Part shown: piece after piece, positions 36,881 to 51,546 of the stretch
Layout of the letters: the number at the start of each line of letters is the position of its first letter
Numbering within the stretch: position 1 is the first letter of the stretch
DNA from: Octopus bimaculoides
Taxonomy: Eukaryota
Direction of reading: 5' to 3'
Assembly: GCF_001194135.2 (NCBI RefSeq)
Contig: NC_068982.1
Location: forward strand, 157,912,902-157,976,901
DNA: 64,000 nucleotides
The notes under the pieces: model-generated
Databases searched by the model: none
Told to the model about the DNA's origin: nothing
Seen by the model: only the letters and a program-made list of their open reading frames with translations
Program-made: the position numbers and the translations under genes

Positions 36881-39800
36881 GGTTTTAGTTTTGAAGGCTT
36901 AACCGGTTTCACGATTTTTTTCTGATTTTCAGAAGTTAAGTAAGATAGAAAGTGTTATGCAGCAACAGTCTTGCTTCTGACTGGAGATCGAAAAATCTTA
37001 TGTATTTTTGGAGAGAACATAGCTCAAAGTAGTATCTGCTTAGGAAACAATATGTTTGGCCGACAGTGGTCACGTAATTAAACTTAGACAAGTTCACTCA
37101 ACCATGTCAATCAATCTTATTCACAAAAGATATTGTAACATGACATTAACGCAGAGATATAGCGAGGAACTTACAAAAATGTATAAACCTAATCACCTTC
37201 TTCCTTCAAATTGTGCCAACTAAATTGTATCCTAAACAGATATTAATTTGAGCTCTTCTCTCCATATAAACAAGAGAATTTTCGAACTACACTCAGAAGC
37301 AAGATAGCTGCAGCATTGCCCCCATGCCTTTCTATCACACTTAACTTCCTAAAATCACAATAGATCTGTGAAAGGCCCTTAGTGCATTTTCAATGCCCTT
37401 TTGTATATTTCTACCTGTAGGGAATAAAATAACATTGTTTCCAATGTGTATATATTCGTAAACACTAATCAGACACACACGTGTCGTTAGCCAGCCGGGG
37501 AAGACGTTCCCTTGGGACTAAAAACAACAGTACCCTCGTCCTCTATGGGGACCGCCACATTTAGTTGGTAACTATGCTTCATGATTTCGTGCTGCTACTG
37601 TCTACTTCTCGCACAGAGATTTAAAATTGCTTATATATNNNNNNNNNNNNNNNNNNNNNNNNNNNNNNNNNNNNNNNNNNNNNNNNNNNNNNNNNNNNNN
37701 NNNNNNNNNNNNNNNNNNNNNNNNNNNNNNNNNNNNNNNNNNNNNNNNNNNNNNNNNNNNNNNNNNNNNNNNNNNNNNNNNNNNNNNNNNNNNNNNNNNN
37801 NNNNNNNNNNNNNNNNNNNNNNNNNNNNNNNNNNNNNNNNNNNNNNNNNNNNNNNNNNNNNNNNNNNNNNNNNNNNNNNNNNNNNNNNNNNNNNNNNNNN
37901 NNNNNNNNNNNNCAATAGGGATCGTGTATCACACAGTAATGTTCTCGTGTAAAAAGAGGGGAGGACAGTTTAGGTTTAGCCGTGGAAGGAAAAGCCCACG
38001 GAAAAGACCACGGTAACCTTGGTCAATATTCTCATTGAAGAAACTATAACAGTAAGTGACTCTCTTTTGCCTTTTTGTTTTATTTTTTTTTCTTGTTCAT
38101 AGGGTTTAGATAGATAGATAATTATGTAGTATAAAGGTAGATAAAAAATAATTAGTTCAGTCAGAGCCTATAGGCCGAAGTTTATGTAAGTGTTCATGGT
38201 GTATAAGGATCAAGAGAGTACCACAGTTCCCATGCCACAGAACGGGATGCCAATCCATCGCGGAGCTAAACTTCCGGTTGCTGCTCGTGCATATATTCAG
38301 CTGCGTGGACTTAATTAACGAGAAGGAATATCTTGCCTATGTACACAACGCGTCTCTCGAACCGGGATTCAAATCTACGACCTTAAGATCGAAAGCTCAG
38401 CTTCCAAACCATTAAGCTACACAAATCTCACATATGCAAAACACAACACAAGAACAGGAAACACGCGCAGTTTATGTCAACGACATTAGCTGTATACATT
38501 AGATCTGTATAAGAGAGGAAGGTAAAGTTTCACAAAATTATTTGCCTGGGGGAAAGAAAATCTCCCATGAGACGATGAACAAATGTGTAATATTGATTCA
38601 ATTTACAAAGCACTGGCAGAGGAAACACAAGTAGCGTTCAGAATCACACTCACATTTATTTAAAAATAGATAAGGTCCTTTCATAGCCTGTCGGCCTGCT
38701 AGAAATAACAGCCCAAATATCCCACAATTGGCGCCTTAGACTTTTTTTTCTTGTTTCAGTCATTAGACTGTGGCCATGCTGGGGCACCAACCTAGAGGGT
38801 TTTAGTCGAACAAATCGACTCCAGGACTTATTTTTAAAGCCTGATACTTATTCTATCGGTCTTTTTTGCCGAACCGCTAGTTTACCAGTTGTCAGACGAT
38901 AGTGGTGGACATACACACACACACACATGCACACACATACACATACATACACACATACAAATACATACACACATATACATACATACATACATACATACAC
39001 ATATAGCACTTGATTGGTATCCACAGAGATGTGAGTTCGAGTCTTATGGCTGAATGCTGACAAATGTTTCCGCAAAATATTGATAGTTTATCATGTTCCT
39101 GCTCTTTTAGCCAAATTATTCTGCGTTTGAGAATAAGTTATTTCCTTATCTGTATCTTATGTATATATATTAAACAATAGGGTAAACAATTGGATATTAA
39201 TTAACATCAATTTAATACCAGGTAACAAGTACATTAAAAGAATCAGGGAGATTCAGAAAAAATACCTGAGATCTCAAAGTATTATTGTATATGTTCCCTT
39301 TGAGAATTATTCGGTCTTAGTAGACACATGACATGTGATCTTCTTCTAGCACATTAGCAGTCCACCTAGTGGCCTCCTTTATATATATATATATNNNNNN
39401 NNNNNNNNNNNNNNNNNNNNNNNNNNNNNNNNNNNNNNNNNNNNNNNNNNNNNNNNNNNNNNNNNNNNNNNCTTCTTCCAGTTTCCATCTATCAAATATT
39501 CCACGGACAAGGTTTTGGTTGACCCGAGGGTATAATAGAAGGCACTTGCCCAAGATGCCACGCAGTGGGGCCGAACCCGGAACCATGTGGTTGGGAAGCA
39601 AGTTTCTTACCACACAACCACGCCTGCGTCTAAAAACAGAAAAACGAATCAAAGAAATCCTGGTATAGCGTTACAATATCAAAGAGTGCTTGTAGGTATT
39701 AGTAACTATTTTATTCCTGCCAGACTCTCAGCCGGTACTTCGTATACCAAATTTTATGATTAATTAATGTCGTCGTATCTGCCCTATAAGAGGCAGGTTA

Positions 39801-40145
39801 TTTTCTGCTGGAATGTTTTTGATTACCATGCTGCTTGATTAGAGTTGATCTAGGGCTAGGCAGAAAATGCGATATACTTAAGAAACAAAAAGGTTTATTG
39901 TTGAAGGAAAATGTTCACACTCTTTCTTAATAGCCTATACGTCTCAACAAATATATGTGAAACTGTCTAATACTATTCTATTTTCACAAGACTCCAAACT
40001 CTGCTAGTCACATTGCTCGCCGCTAATAATTCTATTATTCCTCTGCCATGCTACACTATTTAACGGAAATATTTAATAAGTAGCACAAGCTGGCTGAATT
40101 AATGTAAGAGAAGATGGATAATAAACCACTGTACATTACCTTGTG

Positions 40146-40188
<43 letters not shown>

Positions 40189-41384
40189 TTAAGTTTAGCA
40201 GAAAATGGAGAAAATTCTTGATCGACAAAGTGACTACCATCGATTATCATTTTTAATACAAAACCTTATCATTTCTAACTGCTGTTTCTGTTTCTAATGT
40301 CCGTCAGTGCTGCCAATGAAAATTCTGAGAATAATATTCGTAATAATCTATAGCACAAACGATCTAGTACATGGAGCTTCATCAGGGTGAAGAGAAATGC
40401 ATATAATGAAGAGAAAAGAACAGGGCCTCGAGATGAGGAAAGAAAGCTTAATATATTAGAATCAAACCATTTTGCAGTGTAATTCTTCAAGTCGCTGAGC
40501 AAATGACTAAACTAGAAAATTAATTGGTGGGTTAATCTTTCTTTAGGGGTGGCGTATAAATAATAAAAATAATAAAATAAGTACTTTAGTATAACGGGAT
40601 TCGTCAATAGATCTAGAAAAAGAGTAGTACTTAAGGTTTCGTAAATATTACTAATTAGTATTTATTCCAATAACATGCTCATAAAATAATTTCAATAATA
40701 TGCTTACTGATATATTATAACGACCAACCACCTATTTTCTGTAATGGGATTGACCAAAGTGCAGCGATTAGGTTAATTGGTCAGTTAAATTTAAAAACTA
40801 AAGAACAAGCTATTAAGACCGTTATAGCAATATATGCAAGTAAAGAAATAAATAAAAAATAAAAAGTAAAAGTATGGAGATGTAGCATATGTTATAAATA
40901 CCCGTAATTCACTGGTTCGGCAAAAGAGTTTGATAAAATAAGTACTGGGTTTTACTTCAGGTTCTATATTATTCGAAATATTCTTTGTTATATATTGATA
41001 TTAAGGCATGATCCAATAAGCATTTGATTGTTGTTTCAAGCAGGCTAACTGACGACCATATAAAAACTCTCTCAATGTCACGCAAATAAGTAAGATAGGG
41101 TGAAACCAAGATTCTGAAGGTTTCCATCGGTCACAATCAATCAATATAACATCTAATATGCAAGTTCAAATACTGTGAGAAGTGTAATGATCTAGCTTGT
41201 AACCTATTTACCTAGCTCTGGTCCAAGGGACACTACACCTGTTTCTCTGTTCCTCACTGTCAACTGAAGGGTGAAGTCTGAAACTGAATGTGGTTAATAA
41301 CATCGCATTATACCTTTGATCGTATTGTTTTCTACATAGATCACAAGTAGCCACAGTTTATGAGTAGCAGAAATAAATATCTAC

Positions 41385-41512
41385 CTTACATTCACCATGT
41401 ACGCACATATCTGTGCCTCGTCTATAACAATATGTGCCATCAAGAACAGTCCCAAATGATTTCTGAATGGGATATAGCGTGTTTTCACATATCAGGCGGC
41501 AGGGTGTTTTCT
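41385..41512 (-). CDS. ADAMTSL5: ADAMTSL5-like exon (128 bp, phase 1-0): cysteine-rich module
   Basis: Poly-T tract then ggtttcag|AG, and donor AAG|gtagat. Encodes (E)KTPCRLICENTLYPIQKSFGTVLDGTYCYRRGTDMCVHGECK, with the CxLxC, VxDGTxC and CVxGxC motifs. Confidence 0.93.
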
Positions 41513-42034
41513 CTGAAACCAAAAAAAAAAAAAAAAAAAAAAAAAATAAATAAATAAATAAATAAAATAATAATAATAATAACACAAAGAAATAAAAACA
41601 GTAAATATGACGAACGTCAAACGCTTAGTCATAACATGTAACTTTAGCAGTGATGCTGTGTTGCATGTGCCAGAGAAGGGGTTGTGCTATATATTTTACT
41701 CTGAATACTATTTGTTCACTCCTACCCCTCCTCCTCCTCCTCCTACTACTACTACTACGTCTGCTGCTGCTACTGTTGCTGCTACGGGTGCAGCTGCTGT
41801 TGCTGCTACGGTTACTGCTGCTGCTGCTGCCACCGCCACTACCACCACCCTCCTCCTCATGCAACAACAACAACAACTACTACTACTACTAGGTCGCTTT
41901 TAGTTTGCTTACATATATTTTAGTCGGTGGTGCTTAGAGAAAACGATAAGAGAGAGAGGGAGAGAGAGAGAGAGAGAGAGCAATGAGAGACAGTATGAGA
42001 GAATAAGCAATGAGAAAGTGAGAGAAAGAGAGAC

Positions 42035-42081
<47 letters not shown>

Positions 42082-45000
42082 TTGATTGGGTTTGTGACGA
42101 AATATATGGAAACAGTCAACTGTACTACATTCTCATTTGTGTTTCTACAGTGACTTCCTGTTATATTTTTTATTTAATATTTAAAATAGCGATCTCAAAG
42201 GGCGCACTGTGAGGGGTATCGAGATGCACCGCAGATTTTTAAATATGTAATTCAAGGCTATAGAAAATCCATATTACCGCTGAGCGAGTTGAAAAACCTG
42301 TTATTCGTAGTTTTTGCTGTACACAAGAATGATTAATAAGACATAAAAGGAATAGTTTTCATTTTTGCGTCTAAATGTTTAACTAGGAAACCAATTTTCG
42401 AAAAGCTTTCCATGAAAATTGCGCTCATAATGTTTTTGTTTCGTATGCAGTACCCTACGAACTCAAAAAGGATTGAAAGCCAGTATTTTGATGGTAATTG
42501 TGCTAGCCCTGATCAAATCTCGCCGAAGTCAACTAAGCCTTTTGTCTTTGCAATGATGAAAAATAAAGTACCAGAAAAATATTGCTTAGAATCGATATTA
42601 TATCATTCATTCAGAGGTGATTACGTTGCACCTTNNNNNNNNNNNNNNNNNNNNNNNNNNNNNNNNNNNNNNNNNNNNNNNNNNNNNNNNNNNNNNNNNN
42701 NNNNNNNNNNNNNNNNNNNNNNNNNNNNNNNNNNNNNNNNNNNNNNNNNNNNATTTTTAGACTTGGTGAACCCATTCCTCTCTATGTCTATTCACAGATG
42801 ATTCCTTCTAGAATAAAGAAAATAGAAAAACAATCCGAGTACAGGGCAGGTATTTTATTTAACGACTCCGAAATAGTGAAAGACAAAGTTGACAATAGCG
42901 AGATTTGAAGTCAGGGCGCAAGGTGTCAAAACATTTACTACAAATCATTTTATCTGATACTCTAACGGTGTGAACAATTAGGCTCTTCATCTGGGATGTT
43001 CAAAACTGCCCAAGCACCATGAAACTTGGCAGGCGAGGGTGGACCAATATGCCGCGGGGCACATAATGATGAAAAAAAAAAAAAACAATACTTGGGTAAA
43101 AATAGCGCTATGTCTACAGAGCTGAAATATTTCAAATATTATTTCGTTACATTTTGTTTTACTTAAATCATGTTTAGTATGGATTAGTCAGAAGAAGAGC
43201 ATCACCCACAGCTTTTTCCAAGGCTCTGGTGACTGTTAGGATGGAAAGAAGAACTTATCTGCACGTTAGAAACCTGGCTCAAATGCCTGCAACTGAGTGA
43301 ACTCCACTATAGCTACGTAAACGGCAGGTAGTGGTTGTAAATCGGAATTTTCATGTTCTCAGCTTTAAACGTACTAATATTTTATGATATAGTTCGTCCT
43401 TCTTTTTTCTCTTCTTGAGTTGCTGTGTATAGCAAGTCAAGTAACTATGTTAAGCTCTTCATTGTTTCTTATAGTTGTTTTGTGAGATAGAATTTATCTT
43501 ACTCAGCGGTGATAAAAAAACAACAACATTACAATGTAGTTTAATCTCTATTAAGCCGTAGGTGTAGGATGCTTACTTTATATTTAACATAATAATTCCT
43601 CATTCATCAATTTTCGGTGCAATTTTGTAGATTTACAGTGTGCATAGCAGGAAGAGATATTCTCTTCACCTCAATAGTTATAATGAACTTATTGATCGAA
43701 ATTCTATTTTTTGTTTTTTTTCATTTCCCAACTGAAAAAAAATTGATTTTTGTATCTTTTATATTTTATAAAATTTTATTTTTTATAATTATTATTACGA
43801 TTGCTATGAATAATAGTGTATTGGCAAAATAAGTAGAGCGCCGGATTAAATACTTAGTGAGTATTAGTTAGAATCTTTTACGTTCGAATCCCGTTTTATC
43901 TTTTGTAGTTTCAGCGTCAATAAATGTCAGTTAACTCAATTACAGTAAAAAAAATCCATAATGAGGCAGTAGGTGAAAAGAAACAGACACAAACTCGTTC
44001 CTCCTTGCTTCTAGTCAGCCTGATGCATTCCACCATATTTCTTACTGTCTATTCTTTGACATTACTGAACGACTAATTCCTGGCTTTCCTACTCAGCTTT
44101 TACTGCTCGGATGATTGTCGCGAATAATTATATTCACTAGTATAGACTGTCAGTGTCGTGTTATATGACCAAATCACATGATTTAGTGGAATTGCGAATT
44201 TTAGCACGTGAGAAATATGTTTCGCGGTTCGGAGACAATCCCGCCCCAAACAATTCTCTTTCGTGTAAGGTCTCCATCATACAACGTCCACGCTTCGCAA
44301 CCATAAAGTACAGTCCATACTGCCTTCACTCTCCCCCTTCTCTACTTGTCTTATTTCTGCTATTATAATATTTTCAAACAGTGTCTAAGTTTCCTAAAGC
44401 TGCGGTAACTGCTACAATTTACTAATTGACTTATTTCTTTGATCTTACATCTGTGATTGCTTTTGTCAAATATTTCAATTAATTAATAGCCTTTCAATTG
44501 AAATGACTACTTACTATTTGCTTTTATTAGTTATCATTATTTCTATTACTTTCATTATTATTTGCATTTCCATTTCAGTTATATAAGAAAGTGCTGCAAT
44601 ATCACCGGGTTCTTTTTCATTTTGTCCTACTATATCAGTATCGTTAACAGCACGGGGCAATGATGGTATTACTTTGCTGTCTTGCGAGGTCGTGCAGTGT
44701 TGCACGTCTATGACGACTGCCACCCGATCACAGATCCCTGAAAGATACCACCTGCAGTAACCACCTGACGATACTGTGCCAAGAGACTGAAATAGAACCA
44801 GAAGTCGACTTTGTTATCGATGCTCTTCACGGTGACCCTTGTATTTCTCCTTTTCAAATATTGTTGGACTTGTTTGTGGACAGGTGCATCAAGTACAATG
44901 TGAGCTGGTGTCTTAAATATGGAAGAAAATGCGTTAAGGGGCCCTACACAATTCCTCAACCAATAAACGCGATTTTACTTAACGTGATGACTAGGCTTTC

Positions 45001-45234
45001 TCCATATTTTCTTTGAATGGGACAAACAAGTTTCTTGGCCTTACAGGTAGCTATATCTTCCTCTTGTACAACTCTGGAATACATTGTGGAAGGTTGGCGT
45101 CCGTTTAGTGAACATAACGATGTCAAACTTTAGTTATTTCAGTAAAATATGTCATATCCTGCATTTATTCGAAGGCCGGATAGATGACAGAGATCACAAA
45201 GAAAAAGAAAATGCTTTCTAATTGATGTATCAAT

Positions 45235-45560
45235 ACCAACAGATGGCAATGTTTCTCTAATAGAAACGGATTAACTTTCAAAATACAAAGACCTGGAAAT
45301 AGAGGTAACTCGAATGTGGAGTCTAAAAATATAAACACTTCTTATCATAGTAGGTGCGTTAAGTATGGTAAAAAAAAATATTCAGACAACTAACAATAAC
45401 GTACAGAAAATAGCACTACTAGGAACCGCACACATGATACGTAAAACACTTTCAATAAAGTAAACATAAGAGCATCACCACAAACTACATCATGTGCCCA
45501 AGTTACACACAGCTGTGCTCGATAGTGCAGTGAAAGTACGTGATAAAAATAAAATTACTG
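45235..45560 (+). mobile_element. 3' end of R4/Dong-like LINE followed by an (AAC/AAT)n tail
   Basis: Reads KYKDLEIEVTRMWSLK...IVGAL...VQKIALLGTAHMIRKTLS with frameshifts, then a 3' UTR and a trinucleotide tail. Confidence 0.8.
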
Positions 45561-45581
45561 AATAACAACAACAACAACAAC

Positions 45582-45652
<71 letters not shown>

Positions 45653-45659
45653 TAATATA

Positions 45660-47210
45660 GTCGACAAAACGTAACAGCGGCTGGACGTGTTCTTCGTTGC
45701 TCTGACCTGTCAGCAGGTGAAGACACAGAAAAACTAATACAATCCAGCAGGATCAAAAGATTTGGTGAATGTCATGCACTAATAGCTGCGCAACTCAACA
45801 AGTAACACCAGAGTGGTGGACATTGGGTAGAACAGTGCTGTGCCTGAAAAACATCGAAAAAGGCAACATGGTAGACAATTACAGGCCTATATCCTGTCTG
45901 TCACTTAAGTGGAAGCTATTGACTGGAATGCTTGCAGAGCCAATGTACAAACATCTAGAAAAAAAATGGAGTCTTGCCACATGAGCAGAAGGGTTGCAAG
46001 CGTAAGTGCAGAGGTACCAAGGATCAACTCCTGATAGACAAAAATATACTTAGAGACTGCTAGAGGAGGAAAAGTAACCTAGCCATGTCATGGGTCGACT
46101 ATCGTAAGGCGTACGATATGATCCCACATTCTTGGATTATGGAATGAATGAACCTATTTGGTATTGCATTGAATGTTGAACGATTGCTTGGAAAAAGTAT
46201 GGCGAACTGGAAGACGGACCTGACAGCATACGGAAGTAGTTTAGGAACAGTAGAAATCAGGAGGGGCATCTTCTAAGGGGACTGCCTGTCCCCACTGAGC
46301 TTATTACTGTGCTTGATACCACTAACACTGATTCTGAGGAAAGCAAAAGCTGGGTATGTATTCAAAAGCCGCCAACAAAAAGTCAATCATTTGTTATTCA
46401 CGGATGACCTCAAGCTTTATGGTAAAGATGAAGCCCAAGTCAGTTCCCTCGTTGATACGGTGTATACCTTCAGTCCTGATATCAGAATGGAGTTCGGACT
46501 GAAAAAGTGTGGTGTGTTAGTCTTGAAGAGAGGAAAAATCAAATGTATGGACGGGTTAACGATACTGTCGGGAGAGGTTATGAAGTAGATAGAAGAGGCG
46601 GGCTATAAGTACCTGGGGATTTTGGAAATGGATAAATTGATGGAGAAAGAAATGACAGAAAAAAATTGAAGCGGATTACTTGCGCAAACTGAGATTGATC
46701 CTTAAGTCGAAATTAAACGTAAGGAATACGATTGAAGCTATCAACACACGGGCAGTTTCACACCTTAGATATGGAGCAGGAGTAATCGCATGGCCAATAG
46801 ATGAACTAAACAGATTAGACAGAAGGACAAGGAAGTTGCGAACTAGATATGGGACACTTCACCCAAAACGTGACACAGACAGACTGTATGTACGAAGAAA
46901 AAGACGGGAAAGAGGACATTTTGGAAGCGAACACAGCATTAGAGCAGAAGAAAATAACATACCATGGTATGAAAACTGCCACAGAATCGCTATCATTAGA
47001 AGTAAGAAGGTCAGGCTTATATAGGATGAAAGATTGCAAAGATAAAGCACTGTACATGCAACTGAAAACTAATGAAACTGAAAATAGATGGGTAAAGAAA
47101 AGAATGCATGGTCAATTTCATAGGGATGTTGAAGATAAGACAGACAGAGTAAAAAGATGGCTGTGCATGATTAAAAGTAATTTAAAACCAGAACGTCACA
47201 CGTACTGAGA
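45660..47210 (+). pseudogene. Reverse transcriptase region of an R4/Dong-like non-LTR retrotransposon, disrupted
   Basis: Motifs [73 protein letters not shown] and YKYLG occur in order, with stops and frameshifts. Confidence 0.92.
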
Positions 47211-47816
47211 AGAGCATGGTCACTGTGAGCTTTCGTTCCCTTTTTCCCCCTTATTTTCTTTGTTTCTATCTTTTATTTTCTTTATTTTTCTCTCTGTCAT
47301 TCTTACCTTTTTTCTTTATCACATGACTTTGTTAATTAACAATCAGGTGTGTTTATTTAATGACCTGCCAATGTATACAGTGGGTTTCTCTGCACTAGGT
47401 GTCAGGAAAACACTGGGCAAGAAATGGAAACAGAATTGAAAGATGATAATGAATATAATAATGATATTAACAACAACAACAACAACAATAATAATAATAT
47501 GTGGTAAATATAAAAGAAAGAACATGCATTATATTCGACATACCATGTCCCGGTCACAACAGGATGAAAAAGAGAGAGAAGTAAAACTGAACAGCTACGA
47601 AGGTTGTGGTCAATGAGGAGAGTAGACGTGATACCAATAATAATTGGTGCGTTTGGTAGTATCAGCACAAAACTACTAACATGGCTCGAAAGGATTGGTA
47701 TAAATGTAAACAGTTGTCACATTAGTCTGCTGGCTGTAGACAGCTGACACTTTCCATCATACTCAACAAAGTAAGCTGAGACTTTTCATAGAATAATAAT
47801 CGTCTGTTCAATTTAC

Positions 47817-47922
47817 CTGTGAAAACTGGATTCCATTTTCCACCATATGAAAGACGCACCCTCGGTTGGTTGTACAAAGAGCACTGGTAGTCTCGAAAAT
47901 CCTGGCTGTTTGCACTGCAATC
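47817..47922 (-). CDS. ADAMTSL5: ADAMTSL5-like exon (106 bp, phase 0-1): end of TSR and start of cysteine-rich module
   Basis: Splice sites ttttacaag|GAT and ACA G|gtaaat. Encodes DCSANSQDFRDYQCSLYNQPRVRLSYGGKWNPVFT, the ADAMTS DFRxxQC motif. It is absent from the ORF track and bridges the phases of the flanking exons exactly. Confidence 0.92.
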
Positions 47923-48493
47923 CTTGTAAAAGAATTAATATATGTAAGCATTAGTTCAGTAACATTTCTGTAATACATGAGCTGAAAATTATTTGGTCAA
48001 TTGCATTATAGTTTGTTTTCATTTCCTATACTGAAAACGACGTTTAAATTGCTAACACCCACATCGTTTTTATTTCTATTTATAGCTTCAAATTGTTTCA
48101 ACTTTATTTATTTTCCATTGAAATGGTGAAGTCAGGCTGCAGTAGCGGCCTTTAAAATTTACCTCAGTTATTCCAATGTAGTTTTATAGTACTATCCTCA
48201 TTACTATTAATTATTGATTATACTTTAGTTCTTTTTTATTCTTCTTATTCTTCTATTTTCTTCTTGTACTTGTTGTTGTTGTTATTGTTCTTCTTCTTCT
48301 TCTCCTTCTTCTTCTTATTATTCATCGTCGTCATCATCATCATTATCATCATCGTCATCTGCTTCTTTTATTTTCTTTACCAGCATCATTTACTTTGCAG
48401 TGATGGAATGTAAATTACACCAAAACCCAGTCAGAAAATAAATCCAATACTGCTGTAAACGATAACATTATAAAAAGAAAGGAAAGGTGAGAG

Positions 48494-48580
<87 letters not shown>

Positions 48581-49169
48581 CACACGCAAGCACACACACA
48601 CACACACACACACGCATGCCTGCTCAAGCTCACACAGGTACCCACAAACGCATACATGTGATCATGCACATATGGGACAACACATGCGCGCGCGCCTATA
48701 TGCGTATACACACAGAACTACACAGAAGCAATCAACATCAATAATAACGACAAAAATCACAAACAAACAAACAAACAAACAAACAAACATTAATAGCATT
48801 AACAACAACAACGACTAAAACAACCAGACAATCAAGTCAAACTATTAAATCGTATATGTCAGGAAACGTCGAACTAATGAATAAAAAAGAAATCAAAAAC
48901 ACCTCCGCCACCAACAACGACGCCAACAACAACAATAACTGCAACAACAACAGCGACAAATACAACAATCGCTGGCAAAACAAGTATAATAATAATGACA
49001 ACAGTATAAAAGCAAACACAACGATGAAAGAAAACAAAATAATAAATGAAACGAAAGAAAATCGCTACGTAATATCGTTCGTATTCCAGAATGTTCTAAA
49101 ATGCTTTTATGTCATTCATTACGGAACCAATTTGAGTAGTGTGATCTGACGATGTCTTCAAAAGAACAA

Positions 49170-49227
<58 letters not shown>

Positions 49228-50340
49228 TACTAATAATAATAATACTAATAATAATACTAATAATAATAATAATATCAATGATGATGATGATGATGATTAG
49301 AAGAAAAAGTAAAATTAGAACATGAAGATCAAGAACGAGAAGAACAAAGTGGAGAAAAAAACAACAACAAATATTAACAGTAATAAATAAATAAAAGTTT
49401 CTAATTTTAGTACAGGGTTAACAATTTAGGTTAGCGCGTTAGTCGAATAAATCAATCCCTGCACTTCAGTTGTATTTTATTTCACGCTATTTTATCGTTA
49501 CCAGCAGGTTGAAAGTCAAAGTTGTCCTTGGTGCGATTTGAACTCAGAGACGTGAAGAGCTTGAACAGGCAAGAATTAAAGGGGAATCTATGAATTCAGT
49601 GTATAGTAATGTCGACAATATTAGCGTCATCAAGGACCACTTATCGACAAATGGAAATTTGCTTATAGCTGCAGTTTTATGGCAGCTAATGTAAATATAC
49701 TTTATCGTTAAGATGAGACGAACGAGCAATTAGCGTAAATACACTATTTACATGGCAAACATAATCTGTTATGGTTTAGTAGGTGGTGATTACGAGGATA
49801 GTGATAATGATGAAGGTGGTGGTGGTGGTGGTGGTGGTGACGGTGGTGATGATGATGATGATGATGATGTTGATGATGATGATAGAGGTGATAACGGTGG
49901 TTTGATGGATGCTCCTGCTGCTGCTGTTGGAGACGAGAAGGTGAGGAAGTTGATGACGATTTTGATAACGATGAGGATGAGAGTGTTGTCGGTAATGATG
50001 ATGATGATAATGATGATGATGATGATAATGGTAGTGGTTGTGTTGTTGGTAACGACGACGATGGCAGCTACAACGAGGACGATGCCAGTGATTGAGTCAA
50101 TGGTGATGTTGGTGGTGCTAGAAGTAATGGCGATGTTGATGAGGCTATTGATGATGATGGTGGTGGTGATGGTGATGACAATGACGATTAGTACCCTTAC
50201 AGTGCCGTTGCATTTTTTCAAATGGAACTTAGGTCTGCATTAACGAATATGTCTTTTCTTTTTACGTGAAGTAAAACGCGAGTTAGCCTTTCCTTCTAGT
50301 AGTTCAGTTGATGGTATTGAGCAGGGCCCTGTTCTCAACA

Positions 50341-50650
50341 GGTTCTCAACCGGGACCCATATGGCCCTGAGTGTCCAATATAAGACTTTTGGGGTCTACA
50401 CAACCAAATAGTTGATTAAGGATCCACAAGAATATGTTAGGGGTCTCTGAAGAACTTTTACTTTAGACGAAGTTATTAGTATGTATTGGTCCCTTTCTCT
50501 AAAATTTTACATAGTTCAACCTACACAAGTTAATGTGTGTAAAGCAAAATAGGAATTTTGAAAGAAGCTTCTATACGACTAGTTTTTTCAACAACGAAAG
50601 GCTAGGGCGTACCGTCAGAATAAAACAGTAAAAAAAAAACGTTGAGAACT
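50341..50650. mobile_element. Possible short hAT-type MITE relic
   Basis: Terminal gttctcaac (50342) and gttgagaac (50641) form a 9-bp inverted match resembling hAT MITE ends. No target-site duplication was resolved. Confidence 0.35.
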
Positions 50651-50964
50651 TCTCATATAGAACAACTGCTGTCGGGATTTTGTAGGCCCGCTGATTACTT
50701 GGCCAAATGGTGTTCTATAAACGCCTATCCACATATTTTTTACTTGTTTCAGTCATTAGACTGAGACCATTCTTGGGCATCCACTTCAAGAATTATAGTC
50801 GAATAAACGACCATATTATTTATTCGTTTTAAGCCTCGTACTTATTATTCTATGGGACCTTTTTTTTGTTTTGTCGAATCACTAAGTTACAGAGACGTTA
50901 ATACACCAAAACCGGTTGTCAAGCGGTGACGCGGGCCAATCACAGGCACAGACACAGACACACA

Positions 50965-51012
<48 letters not shown>

Positions 51013-51100
51013 TGTGTGTGTGTGCGTGTGTGTGTGCGTGCGCGCGTGTGTGTCTAGATAGATAGATAGATAGATGATAGATAGATAAGCATGATTGCCC

Positions 51101-51546
51101 CTAGTGGTGAATCGGTTCACCATTACCATCTCTGGAGCTTGTTGAACCTTCTCATCAAAGGTGGAGGTTGACGGGTGTTCTGCTCCCTCTTAGTGTGTCA
51201 TGCTTGTCCGGCCACTTTTAAACTTCTTGATCCACTCATACACACTTCTACGTGGTTGTGCACTGTCCCCGCATTTTATAAAAACTTCCGATGAATTTCA
51301 GCAACAGACACATCTCTCGACCAGAGAATTCAGATCACTGCTATTTGTGCTTCTTTGGTGCACATTGCTAGTGAAACGGCCCTGCCTACACTGTAAAGTC
51401 AGAAAGAAAAATGGCGCGATCAGGATTAAACGTCGATCACGTGGCCACAATAGTACCAACTATAAACACGCATGCGCAGAAAGCAGTGTGACAATAATAA
51501 AGATATGTTATAGCGAAAGTGCGGATAATTTGTGACTTCCCTCGTA
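51101..51546 (-). mobile_element. Mariner transposon 5' fragment with terminal inverted repeat
   Basis: Starts TA-TACGAGGGAAG at 51546. Frameshifted translation MCTKEAQIAVI.ILWS...AEIHRK...RSVYEWIKKFKSGRTS...STSTFDEKVQQAPEMVMVNR is the mariner N-terminal HTH. Confidence 0.8.
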
